A DNA stretch of 64,000 nt from Candidatus Woesearchaeota archaeon (GCA_018303025.1 JAGVYZ010000014.1:21145-85144), one strand, 5' to 3'. Shown: positions 9,666 to 20,035, counted from the first letter of the stretch. The notes: generated by a model not told the origin, from the letters alone. Program-made: numbers and translations.

Positions 9666-10376
9666 ATGAATTTCATGAAAGTTGTAATATTGTGCGGTGG
9701 AAAAGGAACAAGAATGGGTGAATCCAGCCAGGAGACTCCAAAACCTCTTGTAAATATAGGAGATAAGCCAGTATTATGGCATATAATGAAATATTTTTCA
9801 ACTTTTGGTTTTAATGACTTTATTTTATGCTTGGGATACAAGGGGGAGAAAATAGAGGAATATTTTAAGGATAATAAGGAATTTAATATTCAATTTTTTT
9901 ATACTGGGGAAGATTCTACAAAAGCGCAAAGACTTAATCTTGTTAAGAATGCTATAGATAGTGAAAATTTCTTTGTAGCTTATGGTGATGATCTGTCAAA
10001 CGTAGATATAATTAAAATTTTAAAATTACATGAAGAATCAGGTGATGTTGTGACATTGACTGCTGTTCAGTTAGTTTCCCAGTTCGGCATACTTTCTTTG
10101 AATGAAAAAGACAAAGTAATAGAATTTAAGGAAAAGCCAAAGCTTGACCACTGGATTAATGGTGGTTTTTTTGTTTTCAATAAAAAAATATTTGATTATT
10201 TCAAAGATGACAAATGGGAGTTAGAAAATGAAATCTTTGAAAACATAGCAAAGGAAAAAAAGATTAAAGCTTACAAACATTATGGATTTTGGCAGGGAAT
10301 GAATACTTTAAAAGACTGCATAGAGCTTAATAAAAGATGGGAAGAAAATAAAGCTGACTGGAGGATATGGGAATGA
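9666..10376 (+). CDS. rfbF: Glucose-1-phosphate cytidylyltransferase (RfbF/DdhA-like)
   Basis: Has the MKVVILCGGKGTRMGE...KPLVNIGDKPVLWHIM...GYKGE...FFYTGEDS signature of CDP-glucose pyrophosphorylases. The true start is probably MKVV at 9675. Confidence 0.8.
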   Translation: MNFMKVVILCGGKGTRMGESSQETPKPLVNIGDKPVLWHIMKYFSTFGFNDFILCLGYKGEKIEEYFKDNKEFNIQFFYTGEDSTKAQRLNLVKNAIDSENFFVAYGDDLSNVDIIKILKLHEESGDVVTLTAVQLVSQFGILSLNEKDKVIEFKEKPKLDHWINGGFFVFNKKIFDYFKDDKWELENEIFENIAKEKKIKAYKHYGFWQGMNTLKDCIELNKRWEENKADWRIWE

Positions 10377-11350
10377 AATATTGGGAAGGAAAAAATGTTT
10401 TTGTAACAGGCGCAACTGGTTTTGTCGGAGGATGGCTGGTTAAACATCTTGTTGAAAATAAAGCTAGGGTAGTTGTTTTAACTAGAGATGAGGTTCCTAA
10501 TTCAAATTTCATGCTGGAAAATTTAAATAATAAAGTTATAATAGTAAAGGGCGATTTAACAAATCAATTGTTAATTCAGAGATTAGTAAATGAATATGAA
10601 ATTGACACTATTTTTCATCTTGCTGCTCAGGCATTAGTCACTATTGCAAACAGTAATCCTGTAAATACATTTGAGTCTAATATAAAAGGAACATGGAATA
10701 TTCTTGAAGCAGCTCGACTTAATAATCTGGTAAAAAGAGTTGTAATAGCTTCAAGCGACAAGGCTTATGGTAGTCCAAAAATATTACCTTATACAGAAGA
10801 TATGCCTTTGCAAGGAGAGCATCCTTATGATGTATCCAAATCCTGCGCTGATTTGCTTGCAAGAGCATATTATAAAACCTATGGATTGCCTGTTGCAATA
10901 ACAAGATGTTCTAATATTTATGGTGGAGGAGATATAAATTTTAACAGAATAATTCCCGGATTAATAAAAGCTGTTTTGAAAAATGAAGAATTTGTTATAA
11001 GAAGCGATGGGACTTTTGAAAGGGATTACATGTATGTTGAGGATGCTGTAAATGCTTACTTAACTTTAGCTGAAAACCTAGATAGAGACGAAATAAAGGG
11101 AGAATCATTTAATTTTGGAACAGAGACTCCAATAAATGTACTCGAGCTAATTGAAAAGATAAAGAAAATACTTAACATTCATATTGAAAAAAAAGTATTA
11201 GGACAAGCCAAAGGAGAGATAGACAAGCAATATCTTGGATGCGAGAAGGCTAGAAGAATGCTTAACTGGAAACCACATTATAATTTAAATGAGGGAATCT
11301 TGAAAACATTTGAGTGGTACAAAAAGTACGAGAACAAGGTTATCAATTAG
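10367..11350 (+). CDS. rfbG: CDP-glucose 4,6-dehydratase (RfbG/DdhB-like, SDR family)
   Basis: Has the SDR signatures GxTGFVG and YxxxK (YDVSK). Overlaps rfbF by 10 nt. Confidence 0.75.
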   Translation: MGMKYWEGKNVFVTGATGFVGGWLVKHLVENKARVVVLTRDEVPNSNFMLENLNNKVIIVKGDLTNQLLIQRLVNEYEIDTIFHLAAQALVTIANSNPVNTFESNIKGTWNILEAARLNNLVKRVVIASSDKAYGSPKILPYTEDMPLQGEHPYDVSKSCADLLARAYYKTYGLPVAITRCSNIYGGGDINFNRIIPGLIKAVLKNEEFVIRSDGTFERDYMYVEDAVNAYLTLAENLDRDEIKGESFNFGTETPINVLELIEKIKKILNIHIEKKVLGQAKGEIDKQYLGCEKARRMLNWKPHYNLNEGILKTFEWYKKYENKVIN

Positions 11351-12536
11351 AAATGGAATTATAAATTTCCATTAATTTTTTATAATGTTTTTTTGAATCA
11401 GCCTGCTTAACCAAATTCAAGCTGTTTTTTGAAAAATTTAACCATAACTTTTTATTATTTGCTATTTTTTCAATTGATTTATTTAATTCTTCAGGATTTG
11501 CTACTTCTACTAAAAAACCATTTTTATTATTTATGACGAAATCAGTTATTCCACCGCGATTTGTTCCAATAACAGGCAAACCATGACTTAATGCTTCTAT
11601 AATAACAAAAGGTGAATTTTCCATCCAAACACTGGGAACAACAAATATTTTTGCTTTTGAAAATTCTTTTAAAACTTCATTATGAGGAATTCTTCCTGTA
11701 AACTCCACTGAATCTTTTAATAATAAATTTCTTACAATATCTAGGAGATTATTCATTTCAGAACCATCTCCAATTATTTTTAATTTAAATTTCGGATTTT
11801 GTTTATGAAAAATATTAAATGCTTCTATTAAATATTTAACACCTTTATTTTCTGATAAAGAACCAACATAAAGGATGGTATTTTCTCTTTTATTAAAAGA
11901 ATTCGTTTTTGATTTAGAATCTATAAAACTAGGATTCCAAAAAATATTTAAAAATCCATGTTCTTCCAAATCTTTTTTAAGAGAATTACTTGGAGAAATA
12001 TAAGCCTTAAATATTCTTTTGTTAAAATAACTTCTTAGTTTATTTCTAAAAAAAGAAATTAACCAATGATTAAAACTAATACAACCATTGTACAAACAAA
12101 CAATCCCAATACCATTAACACAAGTACATTTTTTATAATAATTCTTTTTTAGAACTCCCCAGCCATTTGCACAAATAACACCCCAATCATGGACAGTAAA
12201 TATTGCCGGAATTTTTGAATTTTTTATGGCTAATAAAACCGATAATGAATATTGATTATTATTATGTAGATGAATTACATCAGGATTAAACTCTTTTATT
12301 TTTTTCTTAAATTTATTATAAATTTCAAAACTGAAAAAAAATCTTCTAAAATTTAGCATATATTTGTTTTTAGAATGAATTATTAATGTTAAGTCCGTAC
12401 TCTCTAATTGTTTATCAGAAAAGGCAATTATATGTACTTTATGTTTATTTTTTTCTAGAATTTTCTTAATTTCTAAGATATAAGTTTCAGTACCACCCCA
12501 TTCACGATACATATCATTAATTATTAATATTTTCAT
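11343..12536 (-). CDS. Glycosyltransferase family 4
   Basis: GT-B C-terminal motif ENSPFVIIEALSHGLPVIGTNRGGITDFV. Confidence 0.7.
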   Translation of the reverse strand: MKILIINDMYREWGGTETYILEIKKILEKNKHKVHIIAFSDKQLESTDLTLIIHSKNKYMLNFRRFFFSFEIYNKFKKKIKEFNPDVIHLHNNNQYSLSVLLAIKNSKIPAIFTVHDWGVICANGWGVLKKNYYKKCTCVNGIGIVCLYNGCISFNHWLISFFRNKLRSYFNKRIFKAYISPSNSLKKDLEEHGFLNIFWNPSFIDSKSKTNSFNKRENTILYVGSLSENKGVKYLIEAFNIFHKQNPKFKLKIIGDGSEMNNLLDIVRNLLLKDSVEFTGRIPHNEVLKEFSKAKIFVVPSVWMENSPFVIIEALSHGLPVIGTNRGGITDFVINNKNGFLVEVANPEELNKSIEKIANNKKLWLNFSKNSLNLVKQADSKKHYKKLMEIYNSISN

Positions 12537-14170
12537 TTTGTTTTATAAATTTTGATTGAATCTCCTTCTTTTATTTTTGATAAATTTAAGTTTTTAGTAC
12601 TGATAACATAATCATAATTTTGATAATTGCTTATGTTATCTTCTTTTACACTGCCCCTTATCCAATAAGCGATTATAGTAATTGGACGATCTTTTGGTTT
12701 AGAAGGATCTTCTGAGATTGTTGCAGTATAATTTTTTTTATCGTCAATATCAATTAGGTAATTTGCATCTTTTTTTAAGTTTTCATTTATCCAAAAACCT
12801 AATTGAACCTGTTCTAGATTAAGCCATCTGTATTGTGAATCATAAACTATAACTGCAGAACTTAACAAGCTTAATGAAAAAAAATAAATCAGGAAAAATG
12901 AGGTTAAATATTTGAAATTTAATTTTTTGATTAGAATTAAAGACAAACTTAAGATTATAATGACTAAAGTAATAATTATTGTCGAATGAACTGTAAATAT
13001 TTCAAGTATATATTTTAATATCCCTATACTAATCCATGAGCTATTATTAGCTGGGAAAAAGAGATTGTAGATAATAAAAGGTGTTGTTATTGCTAAAAAA
13101 GATGAAACAGCTAAAACCAATTTTTTAGGGAAAGATTGATATTTTTCCAAAGCAATAAATCCTAAAATAATAAAAAGTGGAAATAAAACAGAAATATACC
13201 TTCCTAAGATTCTATAATCATTATAATGTTCAAAAGCTCCACTATGATTTGCAGCAATTAATATTACAAAAATTGTTGATAAAAATGTAAGATCTAAAAA
13301 TAATCTTTCTTTTTGATTTAAATATTTATATTTAAAAAGAAGATAAACAGACAAAATAAAGAAGATTATTCCTAATGAGATTATTAAATAATCAATATAA
13401 AAGAATGTCCAGATGATTTTGTTTAGTAAAAAAAATGGACCTGATATTTTGTTAATTGAATTGGTATAGCCAAAAATTCCTATTAAGGAAAATCCGTTTA
13501 AAATTATTTTCGTGATTATCCAAGGCAATAAAGTGGCTAAAAGAGCTAATAATAAAAGCAATTTATTTCTTAAGAATAACATTTTTTTATTTTCTCTAAA
13601 TAAATAAATCAAAATCAAGAAAAATATTACTGGAAGGAGAAAAATTGAGATTATTCTTGTTAAAATACACAAACCTATGAAAATTCCAGAAAGAATTTCC
13701 CATTTAATCTTTTTTTCAGTAAATGATTTTAGCAAAAAATAAACTGTGAAAAGAAAGAGTGTAAAAATTATATTTTCACTAAAAGCATAAAAACTAAAAA
13801 TAAAAGCATCCGGAATAATAGAAATAATTAGAGAAATCATAATACTCTTTTTTTCATTAAAAAATTCTTTAGAGATTAAATATGCAGGTATGATTACTAA
13901 AGAAGATAAAATAATTCCTATTAATTTAATGAAAAAAAAGACTAGGTTCATATCACTAAAGATAAATGCAGGGGAAATTAACATTGGGTAAAATGGAGGG
14001 TAAGTTCCACTAGTTGCTATTGAAGCCAAACTGGGATTATCAAAAAATGACTTTGCTTCTTCAAAATAATAAAAGGAATCTGCAAAACCTAAAGGAACCT
14101 GTATAAAAAATGATATTCCTAATTTTAGTAAAATAAGAAATACAACTAAAAAAATTAGGTTTTTTTTCAT
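12533..14170 (-). CDS. GT-C fold membrane glycosyltransferase (ArnT/PMT/GT39-like, polyprenyl-phosphate-sugar dependent)
   Basis: 545 aa with more than 10 TM helices, an ArnT-like N-terminal loop and a C-terminal soluble domain. Overlaps the upstream GT4 by 4 nt. Confidence 0.6.
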   Translation of the reverse strand: MKKNLIFLVVFLILLKLGISFFIQVPLGFADSFYYFEEAKSFFDNPSLASIATSGTYPPFYPMLISPAFIFSDMNLVFFFIKLIGIILSSLVIIPAYLISKEFFNEKKSIMISLIISIIPDAFIFSFYAFSENIIFTLFLFTVYFLLKSFTEKKIKWEILSGIFIGLCILTRIISIFLLPVIFFLILIYLFRENKKMLFLRNKLLLLLALLATLLPWIITKIILNGFSLIGIFGYTNSINKISGPFFLLNKIIWTFFYIDYLIISLGIIFFILSVYLLFKYKYLNQKERLFLDLTFLSTIFVILIAANHSGAFEHYNDYRILGRYISVLFPLFIILGFIALEKYQSFPKKLVLAVSSFLAITTPFIIYNLFFPANNSSWISIGILKYILEIFTVHSTIIITLVIIILSLSLILIKKLNFKYLTSFFLIYFFSLSLLSSAVIVYDSQYRWLNLEQVQLGFWINENLKKDANYLIDIDDKKNYTATISEDPSKPKDRPITIIAYWIRGSVKEDNISNYQNYDYVISTKNLNLSKIKEGDSIKIYKTK

Positions 14171-14200
14171 AATAGCATTAATTTCAAAACAGTTTTAACC

Positions 14201-14938
14201 TTAGTATTCTCTTAAGATTCTGATCTTTAACTTTATCAATTTTACCAAATAGTCTATACTAGATTCAAAGACTTTTGCTTTTGATTTTCTTTCTTCAAAC
14301 TCTCTTTTGTAAAATATGCTTGGAATCTCTTTCATCTTTAATCCTTCTTTATATGAAATAATGCATATCTCAGTATCCCAAAACCAATGATTGTCTTTTA
14401 TCTTGTCTAAGATTGGAAGAATTTTGTCTTTTTTAAAAAACTTACAACCAGCAGCTGTATCATAAACAGGATTCCAAAAAAATAGTTTAGTTAAAAACAT
14501 GAAAGATATGCTAGGAATTACCCTGAAACAGTAACCTATACCTTTTTTAAAATAATATCTCCTTATGGTAACAAAATCATATCCTTTAAAAATTTCATCT
14601 ATTAATTTGGGTATATCTTCTGGTGATGTTTGCAAGTCTGCATCGATAAAACCAACAACCTGGCCTTTAGAAGCTTTTATTCCTTTTTCTACACCTTTTC
14701 CTCTTCCTAATCTTTTGTCAGAATGCAAATGAATTACATTTTTGTATTTTTTAGACAGTTTATCTGCTATCTTATCTGTACCATCTGTGCTTCCATCTTC
14801 TGAGATAATTATTTCATAAGAATATTTTGTTTTATCCATAACTTTTTTTATTTGGTTTACACTATCTTCAAGAATTTCAGCTTCATTTAAGCAAGGCAAG
14901 ATTATGCTTACTTCCGGATTATAGACTTCAGATTTCAT
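14201..14938 (-). CDS. GT2 polyprenyl-phosphate sugar synthase (DPM1/AglD-like)
   Basis: Has the DxD region (ISEDGSTDGT ... GFIDADLQ) and overall DPM1-like architecture. Confidence 0.75.
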   Translation of the reverse strand: MKSEVYNPEVSIILPCLNEAEILEDSVNQIKKVMDKTKYSYEIIISEDGSTDGTDKIADKLSKKYKNVIHLHSDKRLGRGKGVEKGIKASKGQVVGFIDADLQTSPEDIPKLIDEIFKGYDFVTIRRYYFKKGIGYCFRVIPSISFMFLTKLFFWNPVYDTAAGCKFFKKDKILPILDKIKDNHWFWDTEICIISYKEGLKMKEIPSIFYKREFEERKSKAKVFESSIDYLVKLIKLKIRILREY

Positions 14939-14941
14939 GAT

Positions 14942-15916
14942 TTAGACAAAACCTTTTTTCAAAAGATATTTAACCCTAATAAATTTTTCATCTCTGGGAT
15001 TAGAAAATTCCTTTGATTCAATTGCTTCTTTTATTTCTTTTACACCATGGATTATATCTTTTTTTTCTTCAATTTTGAAATAATTGCTAAATTTATCAAA
15101 ATTTACTGCATAAGACCTAGAATCTACATTGCCTGGAAATTCTTTGATATTTATAAGAGGAAACAAACTGTTTTTTATTTTTGAAGTTAAATCTCCGATA
15201 GTATGATTGTCTTCATTAAATCCGAGATTGAAAACCTCTCCATTAAAATTTTCTTTATTTTCAACTGCTAAAACCAATGCTTTTGCTGCATCATTTACAT
15301 GCAATAAGGGCCTTAACTGCATCCCTGTTCCAAACAATTTTATTTCTTTGTCAATCACTGCTTCAACTGGAATAACATTTGCCACTAAATCAAATCGCAT
15401 ATTCTTTGAGTAACCATACAATGTTGCTGAACGGAACAAGCAAACATCAAAATTTTCATCTGCTAATTTTTTTAGGAAAATTTCTGCTGCAACTTTGGTA
15501 TGAGCATAGATAGTTAATGGCTCTAGTTTTGCGTTTTCATTTAAACCATTAATTCCCTGCCCGCCATAAACAGAACAAGAAGACATGAAGATTAATCGTT
15601 TTACACCTGCTTCTTTAGATAAATTTGCTACATTTTTAGTTCCATTGTAATTTATTTCAATTGCCAAATCAGAAGTTAGATTGCAAATTGGGTCATTTGA
15701 CAAAGCAGCCAAGTGAATTATTGAATCCATTCCTAAAACTGCTTTTTTTACATCATCTAGGTTTCTTACGTCTCCTTTTATGAAATCTAAATCATCTCTT
15801 ATATGAAAATCATAAAGATTTAAGTCCAAAATTTTAACATTATGACCTTTTGATAAGAGTTCATTGACTACATGCCACCCTAAGTACCCATTTCCACCTG
15901 TTACTAAGACTTTCAT
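14942..15916 (-). CDS. NAD-dependent nucleotide-sugar epimerase/dehydratase (SDR)
   Basis: N-terminal MKVLVTGGNGYLGWHVV Rossmann motif and a YxxxK (YAHTK) catalytic dyad. Confidence 0.75.
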   Translation of the reverse strand: MKVLVTGGNGYLGWHVVNELLSKGHNVKILDLNLYDFHIRDDLDFIKGDVRNLDDVKKAVLGMDSIIHLAALSNDPICNLTSDLAIEINYNGTKNVANLSKEAGVKRLIFMSSCSVYGGQGINGLNENAKLEPLTIYAHTKVAAEIFLKKLADENFDVCLFRSATLYGYSKNMRFDLVANVIPVEAVIDKEIKLFGTGMQLRPLLHVNDAAKALVLAVENKENFNGEVFNLGFNEDNHTIGDLTSKIKNSLFPLINIKEFPGNVDSRSYAVNFDKFSNYFKIEEKKDIIHGVKEIKEAIESKEFSNPRDEKFIRVKYLLKKGFV

Positions 15917-16016
15917 TTGAATAAAAAGTTGAATAATTTTATAAAACTATTCAATTTTTGCTTATTTTAATTTACAAAAACATTTTTTAAAATTTATTCT
16001 TTTATTTTGCCAGTTA

Positions 16017-17051
16017 TTATCTGCTAACTGATAAGCCCAATTCATTCAAGACATAATCTGCCTGTTTAACCATTGCTTTTGCATGTTCTACTGGGCCAAA
16101 ATTTGTTCTTGTTTCAAAAGTTACAACTTTTAGTTCTGGAGTACTGTTAATAACTTTCTTGGCAATATCCAATAATCTTTCAGCTAATATATCTCCCTTA
16201 GCAAATAAGCGATGAGAATCTATATAACCAGATTTATCATCTCCAAAAGGTACAGCAAGATGCATCTGATATGTTCTTCCTTTACTTACATTCATTATAG
16301 CATCAATGTAATTCTCAATTTTATTATATCTTGCTTCAGTTGTTTTAGCATCTGCAGATATAAAAATATGAGCAACATCAAATAAAAATCCGGGGGGAAT
16401 ACTGGATTGCCCGGCGGCCAAATTTAAAACCCCATTAACAAAATCCGGCTCTGAAATAAACATATAACCAATATTTATGCCGTGATTTTTAATAACTTTT
16501 TCGATATATTCTCTTTGTTTAAGTGCTTCTTCTTTTTGAGAAGACCAGTCGATTGAGGTTTGCCTTGAATAATCAACTGATTCAAGAACTAATTGTTTTC
16601 TTTGAAATTCTGGACCTGAATTTATCCTCTGTTCTAAACCAGATAGATTTCCAGCTATTCTTTGTAGTAATAAATTTCTGTCTACAATTAGGGTTCCAGG
16701 AAAAGGAATACATGGGCAACCAGCCATATTTATTACTTTTTCAGCTGAAAAGCCACAATGGAAACCAACTGTTGGAGCGTCCGATTTTCTCGCAACTTCA
16801 ATAATTCTTTCACCCTGTTTTGTTGAAAAAATGTCTAAAAAATTAGGGTCACCTAAATTAAGAGTTGAGTCTAATCCGGGATTATGGGAAGAAACTTTTA
16901 ATCCTGCTTCCTGTATGCCTTCAATGTCCTGATTTATAACTGGAAGCTCTATACCTGAAATTATATTTGAACTTTTTAGGATAGCTAAGGCTTTTTTTAT
17001 TTCAAAATCTTTAGTTATATCATATTTGAATGAAACATATAATTGTACCAT
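16017..17051 (-). CDS. Hypothetical protein of unknown function, with amino-acid and nucleotide composition atypical for this genome
   Basis: 344-aa ORF. Rich in G/A/P/Q/R and locally GC-rich (e.g. cccggcggcc near 16420), unlike the K/N/I-rich neighbours. I do not recognise a confident family. Confidence 0.5.
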   Translation of the reverse strand: MVQLYVSFKYDITKDFEIKKALAILKSSNIISGIELPVINQDIEGIQEAGLKVSSHNPGLDSTLNLGDPNFLDIFSTKQGERIIEVARKSDAPTVGFHCGFSAEKVINMAGCPCIPFPGTLIVDRNLLLQRIAGNLSGLEQRINSGPEFQRKQLVLESVDYSRQTSIDWSSQKEEALKQREYIEKVIKNHGINIGYMFISEPDFVNGVLNLAAGQSSIPPGFLFDVAHIFISADAKTTEARYNKIENYIDAIMNVSKGRTYQMHLAVPFGDDKSGYIDSHRLFAKGDILAERLLDIAKKVINSTPELKVVTFETRTNFGPVEHAKAMVKQADYVLNELGLSVSR

Positions 17052-17165
17052 ATTGCTTAATAATTTTATCGTTTATAAATTTGTCTCTTTTATGTAACAA
17101 CTAATTATCAAACAATGCAGTCAAACATATTTTTATTTAAAATATAATCTAAAAGAAGATTTAAT

Positions 17166-17173
17166 GGGGGGGG
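17166..17173. repeat. G8 homopolymer tract in a divergent promoter region
   Basis: GGGGGGGG sits 45 nt upstream of the class B radical SAM gene at 17218. G runs are rare in this ~28% GC sequence. Confidence 0.6.
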
Positions 17174-17217
17174 AAGTAAAACAAAGAATTTAAAAATCAG
17201 CATTTGAGATTCTTTTT

Positions 17218-18513
17218 ATGAAAGTCTTGTTTGTTTACACTAATGTAGAAAAGTCGATTCAAGAACCTTTAGGCTTGGCTTATTTATCTGGGATGCTAAA
17301 ACATCATGGAATTGAAACTTTTTTATGGGACAATACTTTTGAGACAAAAGAGGACTTAAAGTTAAAATTAGAAGAGATAAATCCTGATTTTGTGGCTTTT
17401 TCATGCTTGTCTTCTGATTATGATTATATGTCTGAACTAGCACAATTTGTCAAAAGCATAAAAAATGTACCTATAATTGTTGGAGGACATCATGTTACAT
17501 TTAAACCAGAAGATGTTATAGCAAATCCATTTATTGATGTTATAATAAGAGGAGAAGGAGAGGAAACTCTTTTAGATTATGTTCAAAACCAAGATGTAAA
17601 AACATTAGGTACTTGGGTTAAAAGAGATAATGTTGTTTATATGAACCCAATGAGACAACTGCCTGATGTAAACAAGCTTCCTTGGCCAGACCATTCTATG
17701 TTTGAAAAACATTTTGAGAAAAAAGTAGTTTGGGTTAAAGATGCGCCTGTTGAAAAGTACGGAATATTCATAACTAGCAGAGGATGTCCTTTCAATTGTT
17801 TTTACTGCAGCAATAAAAGAATGCAGGATTTATATCATGGACAAAAGTTTACCAGATATAGAGATATACAAGATGTTATGAATGAACTTAAGTTTTTTAT
17901 TAAAAAATATAATTTTTCACATGTATATTTCCAAGATGAAACTTTAACAACAAATAAAGAAAGAATTTACGAATTTTGCGAGATTTACAAAAAAGAAATA
18001 GGGTTGCCATGGCATGCAGAAGCTAGAGTAGATACTGTTGATTATGATTTATTAAAAACAATGGCTGATGCTGGATGTGAGGTTTTAATGATGGGTATTG
18101 AAAGCGGAAGCGAAAGAATAAGAAAAGAACTTTTAGGAAGACATATGAGTGATGAAATGATAATAAATGCATTTCAGGATGCAAGAAAAGTAGGCATAAA
18201 AGCTTCTTCATTTAATATTTGCGGGATACCTACTGAAACTAAAGAAGATATTCTTAAGACTATTGAATTAAACAAAAAATGTAATCCGGCTATGGGAAAA
18301 ATGACTATCTTTAATGTTTTACCAGGAACTCCATTAGAAGATTATTGCAATAAAAATGGATATTATATTAGAAGGAAATTTCCAACAAATTATTATGTTG
18401 ATTCAAATATTAAGCATGAGACATTTACATTAAAAGAATTAATGGAATTTAGAAAAATGTTTGTTGAAGCAATGGGTGGTTATTCTGGCGCTACAAAAGA
18501 AGGAGAATTTTAG
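17218..18513 (+). CDS. Cobalamin-binding (class B) radical SAM enzyme
   Basis: An N-terminal B12-binding-like Rossmann domain followed by SRGCPFNCFYCSN. Confidence 0.8.
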   Translation: MKVLFVYTNVEKSIQEPLGLAYLSGMLKHHGIETFLWDNTFETKEDLKLKLEEINPDFVAFSCLSSDYDYMSELAQFVKSIKNVPIIVGGHHVTFKPEDVIANPFIDVIIRGEGEETLLDYVQNQDVKTLGTWVKRDNVVYMNPMRQLPDVNKLPWPDHSMFEKHFEKKVVWVKDAPVEKYGIFITSRGCPFNCFYCSNKRMQDLYHGQKFTRYRDIQDVMNELKFFIKKYNFSHVYFQDETLTTNKERIYEFCEIYKKEIGLPWHAEARVDTVDYDLLKTMADAGCEVLMMGIESGSERIRKELLGRHMSDEMIINAFQDARKVGIKASSFNICGIPTETKEDILKTIELNKKCNPAMGKMTIFNVLPGTPLEDYCNKNGYYIRRKFPTNYYVDSNIKHETFTLKELMEFRKMFVEAMGGYSGATKEGEF

Positions 18514-18514
18514 T

Positions 18515-19237
18515 TTACATAAACAAAACTCTTACTCTTAATCCAATTGTTTTAAAAAAATATTCAATAATTGTTTTTAACAAAATAAATCTTTTTTTCC
18601 TTTTTTGAAATATTTTACGAAAGAATTTTACTGGAATCTCCTTCATTTTTAATCCTTCTTTATTAGCTAAGACCAAAAGTTCAGTGTCCCAAAACCAATG
18701 ATGGTCATTTATTTTATCTAAAATAGGAAGAATTTTGGTTTTATTGAAAAATTTGCAGTTGGAAAGAACATCTGAAACATGCAGATTAAACAGGATTTTA
18801 ATAAAATACCTGTAAGAAATACTCAAAAAATAATTAATGTAATACCTGAAGTCTAAGTCATATTTTGAGGTTGTTCTTGATGCATTTACGATATCATATC
18901 CCTTGTTTATTTCTTCTATTAGTATTAATATTTGATAAAAAGGAATCTGCAAATCAGGGTCAATAAATCCAACAATACAGGCTTTTGCTTTTTTTATTCC
19001 ATTAGATAATGCCTTTCCTCTTCCTAATCTTTTATCAGAATGCAGATGGATTACATTTTCATATTTCTTTGATAACTTATCTGCTATCTTATCTGTACCA
19101 TCTGTGCTTCCATCTTCTGAAATAATTATTTCGTACTTGTAATTTGTTTTATTCATTACTAACTGTATTTGATGTATACCTCCTTCTAATAAATCTGATT
19201 TATTCATGCAGGGAAGAATAATGCTAACATCCATCAT
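18515..19237 (-). CDS. GT2 polyprenyl-phosphate sugar synthase (paralog of 14201..14938)
   Basis: Shares IISEDGSTDGTDKIADKLSKKY.NVIHLHSDKRLGRGK with the 14201 gene, including an identical 44-nt nucleotide core. Confidence 0.7.
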   Translation of the reverse strand: MMDVSIILPCMNKSDLLEGGIHQIQLVMNKTNYKYEIIISEDGSTDGTDKIADKLSKKYENVIHLHSDKRLGRGKALSNGIKKAKACIVGFIDPDLQIPFYQILILIEEINKGYDIVNASRTTSKYDLDFRYYINYFLSISYRYFIKILFNLHVSDVLSNCKFFNKTKILPILDKINDHHWFWDTELLVLANKEGLKMKEIPVKFFRKIFQKRKKRFILLKTIIEYFFKTIGLRVRVLFM

Positions 19238-19983
19238 CCTGATTTATATACCTCTTTTGCCATTCTAAGTGTTTCTGGTGTGCCAATATCAAACCAGATT
19301 CCATGAAAAATGAAACCCTTAACATTTACTTTTTTTTGTTTTAACAGCCATTCAATTAAATAACCGGGTCTGTCTGGATTATTGCCTTTTTCAACATAAT
19401 CTTTTATTAGATTCAAATGTTCTTTAGGAAATAAATAAAGTCCTGTTGATGCTAATGTTGTTTCTGGTTCCTTTGGTTTTTCTGTAAATTTTATAAGATT
19501 GTTATTCTTGTCTAAAGTTAATATACCAAAATTCTTTGCAAGATTTTTATTATTGAGATTAATAACACCTATTTGTATTGCTCTTTCATTTTCCAAGGTA
19601 TTAACATAATTTAACAAACTAAATTCAAAAATATTATCGCCCAATATTAAAAATAAATCATCTTTTATTTCTTTTAGTTTTATTGCATTGTATATTGCAC
19701 CGATACTTCCTAGTTTTTGCTTTTCATTTGAACTTTGTTCTATAATTAAAGTTACTTTTTTATGATAAAATGTCTCTATTTCTTTCAACCATTTTTCAAA
19801 ATGAGTTTTAAATTTAGAATTCGTTGCAACATAGATTTCATCAATGTCTTCTATATTTGAAATTCTGTCCAGAATATGGCCTAATATTGGTTTTCCGCCT
19901 ACTTTTAACAATGGCTTTGGAAAATTCTTTGTTATTGGCCACAATCTTGTTGCAAATCCTCCTGCTAAAATAAGTGCTTTCAT
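19234..19983 (-). CDS. Sugar-1-phosphate nucleotidyltransferase
   Basis: N-terminal MKALILAGGFATRLWPITKNFPKPLL nucleotidyltransferase G-loop. Overlaps 18515..19237 by 4 nt. Confidence 0.75.
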   Translation of the reverse strand: MKALILAGGFATRLWPITKNFPKPLLKVGGKPILGHILDRISNIEDIDEIYVATNSKFKTHFEKWLKEIETFYHKKVTLIIEQSSNEKQKLGSIGAIYNAIKLKEIKDDLFLILGDNIFEFSLLNYVNTLENERAIQIGVINLNNKNLAKNFGILTLDKNNNLIKFTEKPKEPETTLASTGLYLFPKEHLNLIKDYVEKGNNPDRPGYLIEWLLKQKKVNVKGFIFHGIWFDIGTPETLRMAKEVYKSG

Positions 19984-20035
19984 AATTAAAAAGCCAAATA
20001 AAAATCTATATAAAGATTGTTAATTTTCTAAAATT

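Noticed and set aside
14171-14200. Small inverted repeat aaaac-a-gtttt downstream of the GT-C gene as a terminator
   Set aside because: It has only 5-bp A/T-rich arms, indistinguishable from chance in a ~28% GC genome.
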